64,000 nucleotides of DNA from Macrostomum lignano (taxonomy: Eukaryota): NCBI GenBank assembly GCA_002269645.1, contig NIVC01000019.1, forward strand, positions 1,240,001 to 1,304,000. The letters run 5' to 3'. The notes below the pieces were generated by a model, which saw only the letters and a list, made by a program, of their open reading frames with translations, was not told the DNA's origin and searched no databases. How positions within the stretch are numbered: position 1 is the stretch's first letter; every line of letters begins with the position of its first letter. Positions 12,900 to 25,200 of the stretch are shown in pieces. The translations under genes were made by a program, and so were the position numbers.

Positions 12900-14336
12900 A
12901 GTCACTTTTCCACACAGTCGCCACCCCTTCTCAATGCATTCCCATAGCTCACCAGCCACTTGTTGAAGGCCATGGAGTCAATGGACCTTGTGGAATTGTG
13001 GAATTGATGCGAGTCAAATGAGTTTTTGGATACCAATGAGGCATCTGCACCCGTATCAAACACCATTTCAACACTTGTGCCGTTAATACTCACTGTGCGC
13101 AAAATTCTCTGCTTGCTTGTTGTCATGGAGAATATCTTGTCGCATTGATCCTCTTCACACTTCTCCATTGATGGTGATTGCAGCACTAGTCGAACCCTTG
13201 AAGACTCTCGGTGTCTTTCAGCCTTTGTCTTCGAAGCTCTGCAGACAGATCTCAGGTGACCCAATTTTCCGCAGCTATCACACTTCAAGGATTTGAATCG
13301 GTATTCACTCTTTAGATGACCAGGTTTCCCACAGCAGTAGCAAGTGACCTGCTTGGCGTTCTTGTCCTCACTCGTGGGTTTTTGTGAACGTTTCCTTCCG
13401 GCTTCGCTGCCTTTTTGCGGTCGACCACTTGTCTGACGCATCTGCAGTACATTCAAGCCGGTATGTCTTACTCTGAACTTTCTCCCCACGCTGGACCGCT
13501 TCGCAAGCCGCAGCTACCGCCGTTACCTTGTTCCACGTTAGGTCTTCGATTTTCTCAGACAGTAGTTTCCGCAGAATCTCTTTACTCTGGAGTCCAAAGA
13601 TAAACTGATCTCTGAGCCGGTCTGCCGAATCGGTAAATTTGCAGGCTTCGGACAGCTGCTTCAGCCTCCTGCTGTAAGTGGCTATGTCCTCATTGTTCTC
13701 CTGCTTCGCTTTATGGAACTCGTAGCGGCTTGCAATCACAGATTTCTCACCTTTGACCTCTTTGGTGAGCAGCTTGCTGAGCGTATCAAAGTCCTTGGTG
13801 TCCAACTTATCGGGCAGCACCGCATCAGCAAGGAGGTTAAAAATTCGCTTGCCGAGCAGCGCCAGAAAAGCGTTGCGCTTTTTGTCGTCTTTCCAGTCAT
13901 TCAGCGTGGCGCAGATTTCAAATCGCTGCAGCCATCGGTGGGGGTCCTCGCTCGCTTCTAGCGGTTCGATGGTTGGCAGCCTCGTCGCCATTGTTAGCTC
14001 GGAGTCGATTATTGAATCACTTTCACTTGACAATCAAGCTGAATGCTCTCGCGGCTTACTTTGCCTTCTTTCATTCTTTTTTATTTATTCTTTAGCGCTG
14101 CCTTTGCTCATTACAACTCTATGGGTTTGGTCAAAGACAGCATACCGACGCACACACAAGCCGATACTAACAGTTGACCCATAAATATATTAATTGTAAG
14201 TTGCTTGAAGTCGTTGACTTAGTGTTTCTCACCGAACATATAATCTACATAGAACATGTAATCTCGTATAACCATAGACATAAAGACTTTACGGGATATT
14301 ATTATTAAAATCCCGGAGAACGCAAATATTGTCACA
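12900..14336 (-). mobile_element. Ty3/Gypsy LTR retrotransposon, 5' part only (LTR, gag, knuckles, protease)
   Basis: Gag reads WLQRFEICATLN...KSVIASRYEFHKAKQENNEDIATYSRRLKQLSEACKF...RLRDQFIFGL. Two CCHC-type knuckles (the first with C->Y) and protease VFDTGAD follow. Probable LTR ~13992-14336 (TGT...ACA, contains AATAAA). Frameshift ~13480; no RT. Confidence 0.9.
13980..13990 (-). promoter_or_regulatory. Gypsy PBS (TGGCGACGAGG), overlapping the gag ATG
   Basis: ...TAACA-A-TGGCGACGAGG, complementary to the ...CCTCGTCGCCA end of tRNA-Ser(GCU). Confidence 0.7.
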
Positions 14337-14637
14337 GAAAGTCTTTAAATCTATGTTTTATTTTGCCGCAATGTACAAAGCATTCTTTTTATACGCTATT
14401 TTGCATGTGTTCTGTTTATGTCTCCCTTCCCTTAGTGTTCTGAAGTCGACCTAAGTGTACATGTACATCGCCCTCGCTTGCCTGGACAGACTATTTTTAG
14501 ATTGCAACTTTCGTAATAGAATACCGCGAATTTCTCAAGGTCATTTCATTTTGGATCTACTTTGTATGAATTAGCATGCAAATCAGTGTGCCAATGCACC
14601 TATGCCCATGCAACGTACGAGTAGTTGTGAGGTTGAT

Positions 14638-14786
14638 CTCTTTCTCTACTGATACGATACGAATCTTTCTCTACTGATACGATACGAATCTTTCTCTACT
14701 GATACGATACGAATCTTTCTCTACTGATACGATACGAATCTTTCTCTACTGATACGATACGAATCTTTCTCTACTGATACGATACA
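14638..14786. repeat. 25-bp tandem repeat, ~6 copies
   Basis: TCTTTCTCTACTGATACGATACGAA repeated. Confidence 0.95.
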
Positions 14787-15145
14787 CGGAGGATTACGTA
14801 AGTATTTGATACGCATATATTGATATGCGGTATTCGGTAATCTTTGGAGCGAGAGTAAATTTGAAAATGCTAAACACAGCAAGTTGACCTGAAAATTTAA
14901 CAAACAATACAAAGAGTAACTAACTATAATATAATAATAATAGTACGAATTACCCAATCAGCGAGGAAAAGTGGCAACAAACGTAGATGGCCAATAGCAG
15001 ATGACAATTTTTCAAAATTAGTAATTTTGCCTTAGCAAGGCAAAGCTAAAAAGCTGCACAATTGACTCTTTCCTGGGCCCGATTCCCCAGCTCATATTCC
15101 CCAACAGCCATTCTTTTACTCTGAATAATCCAGGTAGAATGCTTC

Positions 15146-16662
15146 TCACGAAGCTTTCCTGTAAGTTACTTGCTGATGTGGGCAGCTTTCGGACATGACA
15201 GGCCTAGTTGGAGTCGCTCGTACGGTTGGTGCGGTTCTCAGCCGTGTGTCCTGCAGCTCATTGATGAGCACATCCCGGATGAAGCTGGCTGCTGCAATTG
15301 GCGACTCGCAGCAGCAGCTTCTGTAGGTGCAGACGGTTGCCGCTCAGCTGAGGGAAGAATCCGTCAAGTGCCATGCTGAGGGCCGACTCATTGTTCAACT
15401 TGAGGCTTGACTACTTGAGTCTGATTATTGTGGTGTCTCAACAGACTAACACAGGAAACACGAGTACGTGGCAGGTAAGACTTTTGCCGGAAAAAAAGGG
15501 TACGAGCTCCACTTAGGGCAACCCGCGCTTATATTTGATATTTAACAGTAAATTGTTACACGATCGATAAATTTAACCGCCAAAATGTCACGTGATTAAA
15601 AATACGTTTCACAATACAATATACGAATAATTTATTAACTGCACTACTTAAAGTAGAGTAGTAAGAAAAAGTAAGAAAAGGTTAGTTAGACGAACGGCCC
15701 TTTTACGGGCTCCTAGTCACGACACAACAATTATTCGTGTTGAAAAAACTAAAATTAGTTTTAAAAACTAATATTAAACTAGTATTTGAGACGCATAGTA
15801 TTTGGTTTAGTAGAAATTTATATTTATTTATTTATTTATAATTTATAAACTTATAGTACCAATAATAAGTAGAGATTGCGATGTGAAGAACATGTGGAAT
15901 AAGTTACATGAAGAGTGTGTGACTTGAAGAGTAACATCAAGAACAAATGAGGATGGATGGTATTGGGACGGGATTTCTAGATGTTAGTTTCCCAGCGGAG
16001 GTCTAGATTTCTAGCGGACGGGAATATATACATGTACATACGAACAGCAAGAGGATAACAACAGCAAAAAAAGAAGAAACAAAAATAACATGTAAACAAA
16101 GATAATGGGGGGGGGCAACTGTGCAAGCAGAGAAGCAACAGACAGCGGTGCTGATGGCTCACAATGACCCGCGGCCATTCACACCGGCCAGGCACCACAG
16201 GGCCTCCACATCTACATCCCTAGCAACTTCCGCGAGTCCGTCGCCAGCCCCCTCCCACCGCTGCAGCTCAGCGACAATGTCGCCGCATCTCGGCGACTCC
16301 GACATCGACAGACGGCAGGCAGCCAGCAGGCAGGAGCGGCGAGGAAAGCCGAAGCTCTCGGCCAGGCAGATGGCGGTCCGGGTGCCGGCTGACAGCGGGC
16401 AGATCTTCACGATGCCAGCTGGCACGGAGCAGTTCAGGACGCCATCGAGCAGCTGGCTGAAGTGGCAGCTCTCCAGATGACGCTTGTTCCCCAGGGGGGA
16501 CTCGCCGCAGGAGAAGCAGGCCACCTTGTTGCTGCTGGCGCCATCAACAAATCCCGGTTGGCGCCAGAATCCAGCAGCTGCCAGCTCCCAATTGATGCTC
16601 GAGCTGCTGCTGTTTGCCAGGTAGCTGCCGAAAGAGCTCAAACGGTTCTCAAAGCTCAAAGC
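15146..16662 (-). CDS. Divergent BIR-domain + UBA-like (IAP-type) exons; 5' end unresolved
   Basis: Exon 16662-16169 reads FENRLSSF...ELAAAGFW...VACFSCG...H...CHF, then ICLAESFGFPRR...GDIVAEL. It splices in phase 2 to exon 15320-15146. No ATG found; possible upstream exons near 17.2-17.75 kb. Confidence 0.6.
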
Positions 16663-16794
16663 CTGCAGACAGTCGCTACGGCAGGTGACCAGCAGTAGAA
16701 CGGCCAGACTCGCTAAGCTCGCATTTTGCGGAAAAATGAAAGGATTGAAGGATCAAATGAAAAAAATGAATTCAGAATTTTGATTTGTGCAACT

Positions 16795-17011
16795 GCGTAC
16801 AACTGTTCAGTCCAAGGACTGGGGGGTCGCCACACACAGCCTCAATTACCCCAGCTAATGCTGGCACCCATTTTACAGCTGGGTGAACTGAAGCAGTTGC
16901 AGAGTTAAGCGTCTTGCTCAAGGATAAATATTCCTTTGAGATGTATCGAGAATCGAACCCCCGACCTTACAGTCATGAGTGCGACGCTCCTATCACTGGG
17001 CTGCAACCTCC
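16795..17011 (-). mobile_element. SINE copy (same family as 5422-5700), lacking the 3' end
   Basis: Reverse complement of the tRNA head and CAGCTGTAAAATGGGTGCCAGCATTAGCTGGGG. Confidence 0.85.
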
Positions 17012-18319
17012 ATTTCTTACGTAATAACAAAATAATGAAGTATTTTTTACTGTTTCAGGAAATATTTTATTTAATCCAGGTTTACCTTTAAAATGTGCTA
17101 GTATGCGTATCACACTACTAAATGACAAATCTAAGCATATAATTACATTCTATGCGTGCTTAAAAAAGGTGCTTAAGTTTGCTACCAAGCTACAAAGGAA
17201 ATGTCTAATTTTATTACCAAAGTAAGAGCTCCGTGACTCGAAAGCCCTCGTACGATTTGGTCTTTGAGTATTGGAGGTCTTCTGGAACAATCTGGACCGG
17301 TTCAGACTGCTCAGAGGCATGACGAATGCCAGAAATCTGTGAACTTTTTCGTAGATGTCCTCAGTCTAAAGGGTGAGATTTTGTGCCAAAAAATTCAGCT
17401 AAGATAAAGTGACAATGACTAAAATACTAAAGGGAGGGCGCCACGGCTAGGTCGAGGTGGCCCACACACTGATATTTAGAGCTATACGTTGAAAATAAAT
17501 TTTTTCTCAAGATTCTACAAAGCAAAAAATGAATGCATGCTTGCCTTGACGAAATCCGATGCAAGCGGCGATTCATATGTCAGTTCAATTGATGTTTCAC
17601 TCTTGGTGAATGGACGATCTCGGACAATGGACAATAGAGATGGAGAATACTCGTAAAAAACCTCGAATAGCGGCACCCTGGGCGACACGGCAATCGTGTC
17701 GGCAAGTGCAGCTTGCAAGGCAATGTTAAAAGCCATGTCAGCAGCGACTACTTGGGGAATGAATTATCTTAATTTGAAGAACTTGTAGACAGGGGGTCGC
17801 ACTATAAAGCTGTCGTGGCGTAAGTTCGATCGTAAGTCGGAACTTTTATATATACTGGGGAGATAGGCTAAGAACGATCTTATCTTACGATGGCTTTATA
17901 GAACGGGCACAGTGCACTATAGTTATAGAAGCTTTTGGCATAAAATTCCATGGATTTTCCGTGGCCTTGCCTTTTCTATTTCTATCCCGAGAACATTGGC
18001 TCGTACATTCGCTTGTTAAGCTATTACTCGTACAACTGTTGCCGTGCAGCCGGTGAAGGAAAGAAAAAATTCTTCGAACAACAATTGCGTACAATGGACA
18101 CTGAACAAAACTACCTTTCATTCAAAGTAGGAACCATACATGCTTCTAATTCTGTGCTGCCTGCAAATGAGTCATTCCTATGCAGTTTGACGGAATACTG
18201 CGCTTAGATGAGGCCTGTTCTCATCTCATGACAACCACCTCCAAGATGCAGCGATAAAGGTGACTCCACAACTCAACAATCTAAACATACCCGTACTCCG
18301 GTGCTGGCGCTCTGGTACT

Positions 18320-19225
18320 CGAATCAAATGGCGCCCCTCACTCGAATCAAATGGCACCAAATTCACTCAAATCAAATGGCACCAATCCCCTCAAATCAAA
18401 TGGCACCAATTCACTCGAATCAAATGGCACCAAATTCACTCAAATCAAATGGCACCAATCCCCTCAAATCAAATGGCACCAATTCACTCGAATCAAATGG
18501 CACCAAATTCACTCAAATCAAATGGCACCAATTCGCTCAAATCAAATGGCACCCATTCACTCAAATCAAATGGCACCAAATTCACTCAAATCAAATGGCA
18601 CCAATTCACTCAAATCAAATGGCACCAATTCACTCAAATTAAATGGCGCCACTCACTCGAATCAAATGGCACCAATTCACTCAAACCAAATGGCACCAAT
18701 TCACTCAAATCAAATGGCACCTATTCCTTCAAATCAAATGGCACCAATTCACTCAAACCAAATGGCACCAATTCACTCAAATCAAATGGCACCAATTCAC
18801 TCAAACCAAATGGCACCAATTCACTCAAATCAAATGGCACCTATTCCTTCAAATCAAATGGCACCAATTCACTCAAATCAAATGGCACCAATTCACTCAA
18901 ATCAAATGGCACCAATTCACTCAAACCAAATGGCACCAATTCACTCAAATCAAATGGCACCTATTCCTTCAAATCAAATGGCACCAATTCACTCAAATCA
19001 AATGGCACCAATTCACTCAAATCAAATGGCACCAATTCACTCAAACCAAATGGCACCAATTCACTCAAACCAAATGGCACCAATTCACTCAAATCAAATG
19101 GCACCAATTCACTCAAACCAAATGGCACCAATTCACTCAAACCAAATGGCACCAATTCACTCAAACCAAATGGCACTAATTCACTCAAATTAAATGGCGC
19201 CAATTCACTCAAATTAAATGGCGCC
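18320..19225. repeat. Minisatellite, 24-25 bp unit (TCACTCAAATCAAATGGCACCAAT)
   Basis: About 37 units, with recurring higher-order variants (CTATTCCTT). Confidence 0.97.
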
Positions 19226-19499
19226 ACTCAATCAACAGGGCGCTTTTCCTTCTTAAAGAAAGACTCTTGGCACTTAGATTTTGCAAATTACATTATCGAA
19301 AGTAAATCATAAGTCCGTCAGAAGTGTTGAGAGTTTCTAGGAAAGTGCAATACATTTTGTGAGCTGAAGAGCATGACTGCATGGCTTGTGTGTCGTTTGT
19401 GAAAAACAAAATACTTGACAGAATTTATTGCAAGATTGTACTACGCATGACAGCTCCAAAATGTACACATGCCTCTTCACCAATGCGGCTCGCAGTTGG

Positions 19500-20301
19500 T
19501 CAGTTAAAAAAAGCCGCAACACCCACAGCTTCGTTAGGTGACCTTTCAGCAAGAATGTGCACAATTTGCACCTGCAGCAGGCTGGGGTGCACCTGGTCGG
19601 AGCATTCGTGCGCCAGCTCGATAAGGTCGCCGGCTCGATTCGGCATTGAGCCGCCGTTCCGCATGAAGTGGCGAGTGGCGGCGAACTGCAGCAGCTCCGG
19701 GCTGAGCCCGAAGGTCTGCGCGAACTGGATTGAAGTGCTGGACTTCAGGTCTGAGTGCAGACGCCTCAGGGCGCGGTCGAACCTGATAATCATTTATGAT
19801 TGGGCTGATAATCACTGATAATCATTTGCGGAGGGTGCGGGTTACTCATGTTTAAGACTGATGATCACTGATAATCATTTGAGGGGGTTGTGACTCATTG
19901 ATGATTGTAGATGATAATCACTGATAGTCATTGGGGGAGTTTGAGGCTAATTAATTGATGGTGTCTGATAATCACTGATAATCAATAATATTGCAGCCCA
20001 TCAGTCAAAGCGCTCACCTGTCGTGATCAGCAGCAACATCAGCTAGCAGTATTTTATCGTCGCTCCCCGCGGCCAATCGCAGCAGTTTCTGCAGGTAGCA
20101 GCGCGGTCTCTGCTGCAGGTGCTGATGCAGCGGATCGGAGCTCCCAGACTGCAGTCTCATTGAGCAGTGGAAGCAGGTCAGTCCACCGCTTGCGTCATAA
20201 AACAGGCCGTTGGACGCGAGCTGCTCAGCAACCGCCAAGCTGTTGATCAAAGAGGCTGGACCCGAGCTAAAGCTGCTTATCCGGTCCTGATGAAGCATCA
20301 T
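19500..20301 (-). CDS. Divergent BIR + UBA-like IAP-type protein, 2 exons, ~188 aa
   Basis: Exon 20301-20018 reads HQDRISSF...LASNGLFY...LTCFHC...DPLHQHLQQRPRCYL. A phase-2 splice leads to 19782-19500, IQFAQTFGLSPELLQFAATRHFMRNGG...GDLIELAHE, which resembles the IAP UBA helix pattern. Confidence 0.65.
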
Positions 20302-20406
20302 TTGAGGCTGAGTTGAGGCGGTCAGTATCAGAACGATGCAGCCTGCAGGATCAAAAGTGTTTGGTTGTTGATTTTTCAGTTGCCCCATGGTTGACTGGTT
20401 TTCATA

Positions 20407-20580
20407 AGGGGGTTGCAGCCTAGTGTGGTCAGAGCGTCCGACTCGCGACTTGAAGGTCGAGGTTCGATTCCTAATCCACTCGGAACAGTTTGTGTCCTTG
20501 AGCGAGACATTCAATTCTGCATTGCTTCAGTTCACACAGCTGTAAAATGGGTGCCAGCATTAGCTGGGGCAATTTGAGGC
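20407..20580 (+). mobile_element. SINE copy, 3'-truncated
   Basis: GGGGTTGCAGCCTAGTG...GAGGTTCGATTCC (A and B boxes), followed by the central block. Confidence 0.85.
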
Positions 20581-21377
20581 GAACAAAGGTGAACAAGCGA
20601 CAAACTTAATTCTGAAAATTTACCGAATATGAAGAGCCGCTGAGCCGAGTCAGCTTGGGAGAGACGATTGCAAATCTGCTGCTGTACATTCGAGCCCAGC
20701 ATCCGCCCGACCGTCTTCTGCCAGTGCTGCTCCATCCCTCTGCGTTGGTCTGGTCTCGATCTCTGTCTGCGTCTTACTGCTGAAGTTTAACTTTACTGAA
20801 TACTGAAGTAATACTGAACTACGTAAAAATGATATTTTAGTTCCTTTTTTGTTAACCATACTCTACAGGCACAGCCAGCCATTAGCAGCTGCACAGGGCG
20901 TGTGTGTGTGTGTGTACTTTCCAATGTACAGTCTAGCCTGGCCTTGTCAGCCCTGCGCGCAGCTGAACTGAACTCTGTTCCTATTGAAAGCGTTCTAGAT
21001 TTTATATGCATGGTCACGTAAGCTACTGCAAGTAGAAATAATAGAAAAAATAAGCAAAAATTCGTTTTCACTCGAACAAAATTGCATTAATGCTTTATTT
21101 TCTAGAATAATAAGTATTATATTCTGTCTGTCTTTATTGTTATTATAGTTGAGCGCAAAATTTTGCGACTGCCGACTGATGGAAGCAAAATGCGAATCGA
21201 ACTACTAAGTTAAATAACGATTAGTTAACTCAAACGGGACTGAGTGCTTGTTAACAAATACCTTCTGGTTAATGAATATGGTTACCAAAAATGACAGCAC
21301 TATTTGAAAACCCACTGTTCACAAGAAAGTACTTGGCCTAACTAATGTCTCTTAAGCGAGTCACACGCTGAAAATAA

Positions 21378-22015
21378 TTAACTCCGATTGGTCACACCTT
21401 GATTGAGCACTCGAAAGTTCACTCTAATTGGTCACACCTTGATTGAGCACTCGAAAGCTCACTCCAATTGGTCACACCTTGATTGAGCACTCAAAAGTTC
21501 ACTCCGATTGGCCACACCTTGATTGAGCACTCGAGAGTTCACTCTAATTGGTCACACCTTGATTGAGCACTCGAAAGTTCACTCCGATTGGTCACACCTT
21601 GATTGAGCACTCGAAAGTTCACTCTAATTGGTCACACCTTGATTGAGCACTCAAAAGTTCACTCCGATTGGTCACACCTTGATTGAGCACTCGAAAGTTC
21701 ACTCTAATTGGTCACACCTTGATTGAGCACTCGAAAGTTCACTCTAATTGGTCACACCTTGATTGAGCACTCGATAGTTCACTCTAATTGGTCACACTTT
21801 GATTGAGCACTCGAGAGTTCACTCTAATTAGTCACACCTTGATTGAGCACTCGAAAGTTCATTCTAATTGGTCACACCTTGATTGAGCACTCGAGAGTTC
21901 ACTCTAATTGGTCACACCTTGATTGAGCACTCGAGAGTTCACTCTAATTGGTCACACATTGATTGAGCACTCGAAAGTTTACTCTAATTGGTCACACCTT
22001 GATTGAGCACTCAGT
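21378..22015. repeat. 40-bp minisatellite, ~16 copies
   Basis: TTCACTCTAATTGGTCACACCTTGATTGAGCACTCGAAAG repeated. Confidence 0.97.
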
Positions 22016-22030
22016 TAACTTAACAAACTG

Positions 22031-22160
22031 AGGCTGTTCAGGGCTGGAGACTGTCACCGTGGCGTCGATGTCAACCTGCGAGAGGATTATGACGAGGGCA
22101 ATATGCTCAAGCGGCTAAAACGGCCCTTTTAAGGCCCATTTGATTAAGGCTATTAAAGGT
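22031..22160 (-). other. Partial duplicate of the MRPS9 last-exon acceptor region
   Basis: Copies ~22515-22660 (intron end plus first 15 codons of the last exon). Confidence 0.9.
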
Positions 22161-22283
22161 CATCAAAGTTTGATTGAGCACTCGAAAGTTCATTCCAATT
22201 GGTTACACATCGATTGAGCACCCCCCTGATGATAATCCCCAGCATTGAGTCTCAGGAATGAGCTGATAGCATCCTCAGCCTCA

Positions 22284-25200
22284 TCAGCGCGCCTTCCAGG
22301 TCCACTTGGCCCGGGGGCCGTCCTGTCCGTAGTAAAACCGCTCAGGCAGGCGCATGTCCGGGGTGAGCAGGCCGGACATTCGCAGGCGATCGCGCAGCTG
22401 CTTCGTGGGCAGGTGGCAGGCGATGGCGCGGGCGATGGCCAGACGCAGCGCTCCGGCCTGGGAGGCCATGTAGGCCACATCGTCCACCCGGGTCCTGATG
22501 CGCAGCCGGCCCTCCGGCTGTTCAGGGCTGGAGACTGTCACTGTGGCATCGATGTCCACCTGCGAGAGGATGAGGAGGGCAATATGCTCAAGCGGCTAAA
22601 ACGGCCCTTTTAAGGCCCATTTGATTAAGGCTATTAATTGTATTAAAGGTCATCAAAGTTTGTCTTACCTTGCCCAGCATCCCGGTGACCACCAAAGGCG
22701 AGGCCAGAGTCTCCCTATCAGCCAGCAGCGGAAATGCCTCTAGAAGGCTCTCGCCGTTGACCGTGAACCGGCCGATGCCGCCTGAATAGAGCCGGCAGCT
22801 GGCTGTTGCCCATTTGCGCTGACCGTAGGCCTCCGAGTACGGGCGCTGGGTGGCCTCATCAAACTGTGGAGAGCAGATGGAGAAGTGCTTTAGAAATTGT
22901 TAAAGATTTGAGATTACTGAAATTCTCAAATTGAGATTAGTGACTGCTCAAATCCTCAATTTGAGATTAGTGACTGCTCAAATCCTCAATTTGAGATTAT
23001 TGACTGCTCAAATCCTCAATTTGAGATTAGTGACTGCTTAAATCCTCAATCTGAGATTAGTGACTGCTTAAATTTTCAATTTGAGATTAGTAACTGCTCA
23101 AATCTTCAATTTGAGATTAGTGACTGCTCAAATCGAGATAAAGACTGCTGAAATCCTCAATTTAAGATTAGTGACTGCTGAAATCCTCAAATTGAGATTA
23201 GTGACTGCTCAAATCCTCAATTTGAGATTAGTAACTGCTCAAATCTTCAATTTGAGATTAATGACTGCTTAAATTTTCAATTTGAGATTAGTAACTGCTC
23301 AAATCTTCAATTTGAGATTAATGACTGCTCAAATCCTCAATTTGAGATTAGTAACTGCTCAAATCTTTATTTTGAGATTAATGACTGCTCAAATCCTCAA
23401 TTTGAGGTTAGTGACTGCTCAAATCCTCAGATTTAGATTAGTGACTGCTCAAATCCTCAGATTTAGATTAGTGACTGCTCAAATCCTTAATTTGAGATTA
23501 GTGACTGCTCAAATCCTTAATTTGAGATTAGTGATTGCTCAAATCCTCAATTTGAGATTAATGACTGCTCAAATCCTCAATTTGAGATTAGTGACTGCTC
23601 AAATCCTCAATTTGAGATTAGTAACTGCTCAAATCTTCAATTTGAGATTAATGACTGCTCAAATCTTTAATTTGAGATTAATGACTGCTCAAATCTTTAT
23701 TTTGAGATTAATGACTGCTCAAATCCTCAATTTGAGGTTAGTGACTGCTCAAATCCTCAGATTTAGATTAGTGACTGCTCAAATCCTCAGATTTAGATTA
23801 GTGACTGCTCAAATCCTTAATTTGAGATTAGTGACTGCTCAAATCCCCAATTTGAGATTAGTGATTGCTCAAATCCTCAATTTGAGAGTATTGACTGCTC
23901 AAATCCTCAATTTGAGATTATTGACTGCTCAAATCCTCAATTTGAGATTAGTGACTGCTCAAATCCTCAATCTGAGATTAGTGACTGCTAAAATCTTCAA
24001 TCTGAGATTAGTGACTGCTCATATCCTCCATTTGAGATTAATGACTGCTCAAATCCTCAATTTGAGATTGGTGACTGAGCATATCCTTTGCAAGATACCC
24101 GCCTACTGCTCAAAGCCGCCCTACTCAAGCTATAATTAACACTGCCGTCAAAGTATTTGAAAGCCCACCTGCAGTTCGGGCAGCGGCAGCTCAGTCGCGG
24201 TGCCCACAATGACATTGCGGTATTGCATAATAAATTCGGACTCCTCGGCAGACAGCGGCATAGCAACCAGAAATTCTAGCGCGGCAATAGCCTGACTGTA
24301 CTGAGCATCGGACACGGTCTCCAACAGGCGCTTCTCAATCTGCTGTTTGTCAAGCCAGTGCGAGTTGCTGAGATCCAGGTTGGTGCGGGCCGGCACCAGC
24401 CTGCCCGAACGGAGATGCTCGTCCTCTTTGCGCTTCAGCTGCTCCACTTTCCAGGCGATGTCCTGCAGCAGTTATTCACAATTGCAAACTTATTTACGCT
24501 ACATATCGGGAAATGATCATATTCGCGGATGGGCAGGTGTCTAGCCCTACAGATCCCAGAATAACTAGATGGGCCACTCAGCACATTTGCGTGTAAGCTA
24601 CTTTCAGTTCAGTAGTAAGTTAAACTGAAGCATTTTAATGTATTTTTAAAGCCGAGGCTCATTTATTGGCTCTTACTCCCCAGCTTGAACCCTCCAACCG
24701 CCCCCTTCCACACTCCCCCGCCCCAATTTTTATTGCCTTTCTCGGAATTCCAACCTAAATCTGCCATGTACATATCAGTGGACTAGCTAATCGCTAATGT
24801 ACATTACTGCTGAACCAATTAGCAAGTTGTTTACGCCTGCAAGCTTGGCTTCTAAACTTATCAAAGTAATTTCAGCCGCCTTTACTTTTATAAAATAGCT
24901 TATGTATTCTTATTTGCTACTGAACTGAAAGTAGCAAGCTGTTTGAATACTAGACTCGTGTTTATGCCTGAGTTAGTCTCATCCAAGTTATTTTATTATT
25001 CTTGTGGTTTTTTTAACAAGCTAATATGGCCTTAAGTGGCCCCAAAACATCTTTAAATGGTTCCTACAAGTATATTGCTACATCGTACAAAAATATTTAC
25101 GCTACATATCGGTAGTTAAAATTTTTTTATTAGGTATTGCAATTAGTGAGGATTTAATGATAAATAAAATATTATATTAAAGTAAATATTTTCCTGCTCT

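Noticed and set aside
12000-12960. Short minus-strand ORFs (12119-12322, 12597-12959)
   Set aside because: No recognisable motif or convincing splice partners.
17790-17915. Possible MITE (CTATAAAGC..TCGT / ACGATGGCTTTATAG)
   Set aside because: The left end is degenerate and there is no TSD; too weak to call.
19783-19986. CRISPR-like pattern: CTGATAATCACTGATAATCATT recurring every ~54 bp
   Set aside because: The spacers resemble each other, it lies in an animal intron and there are no cas genes; it is a decayed tandem repeat.
20407-20480. tRNA gene (likewise at 5422, 16940-17011 and 62310-62390)
   Set aside because: A/B boxes are present but run into the SINE body, with no complete cloverleaf.
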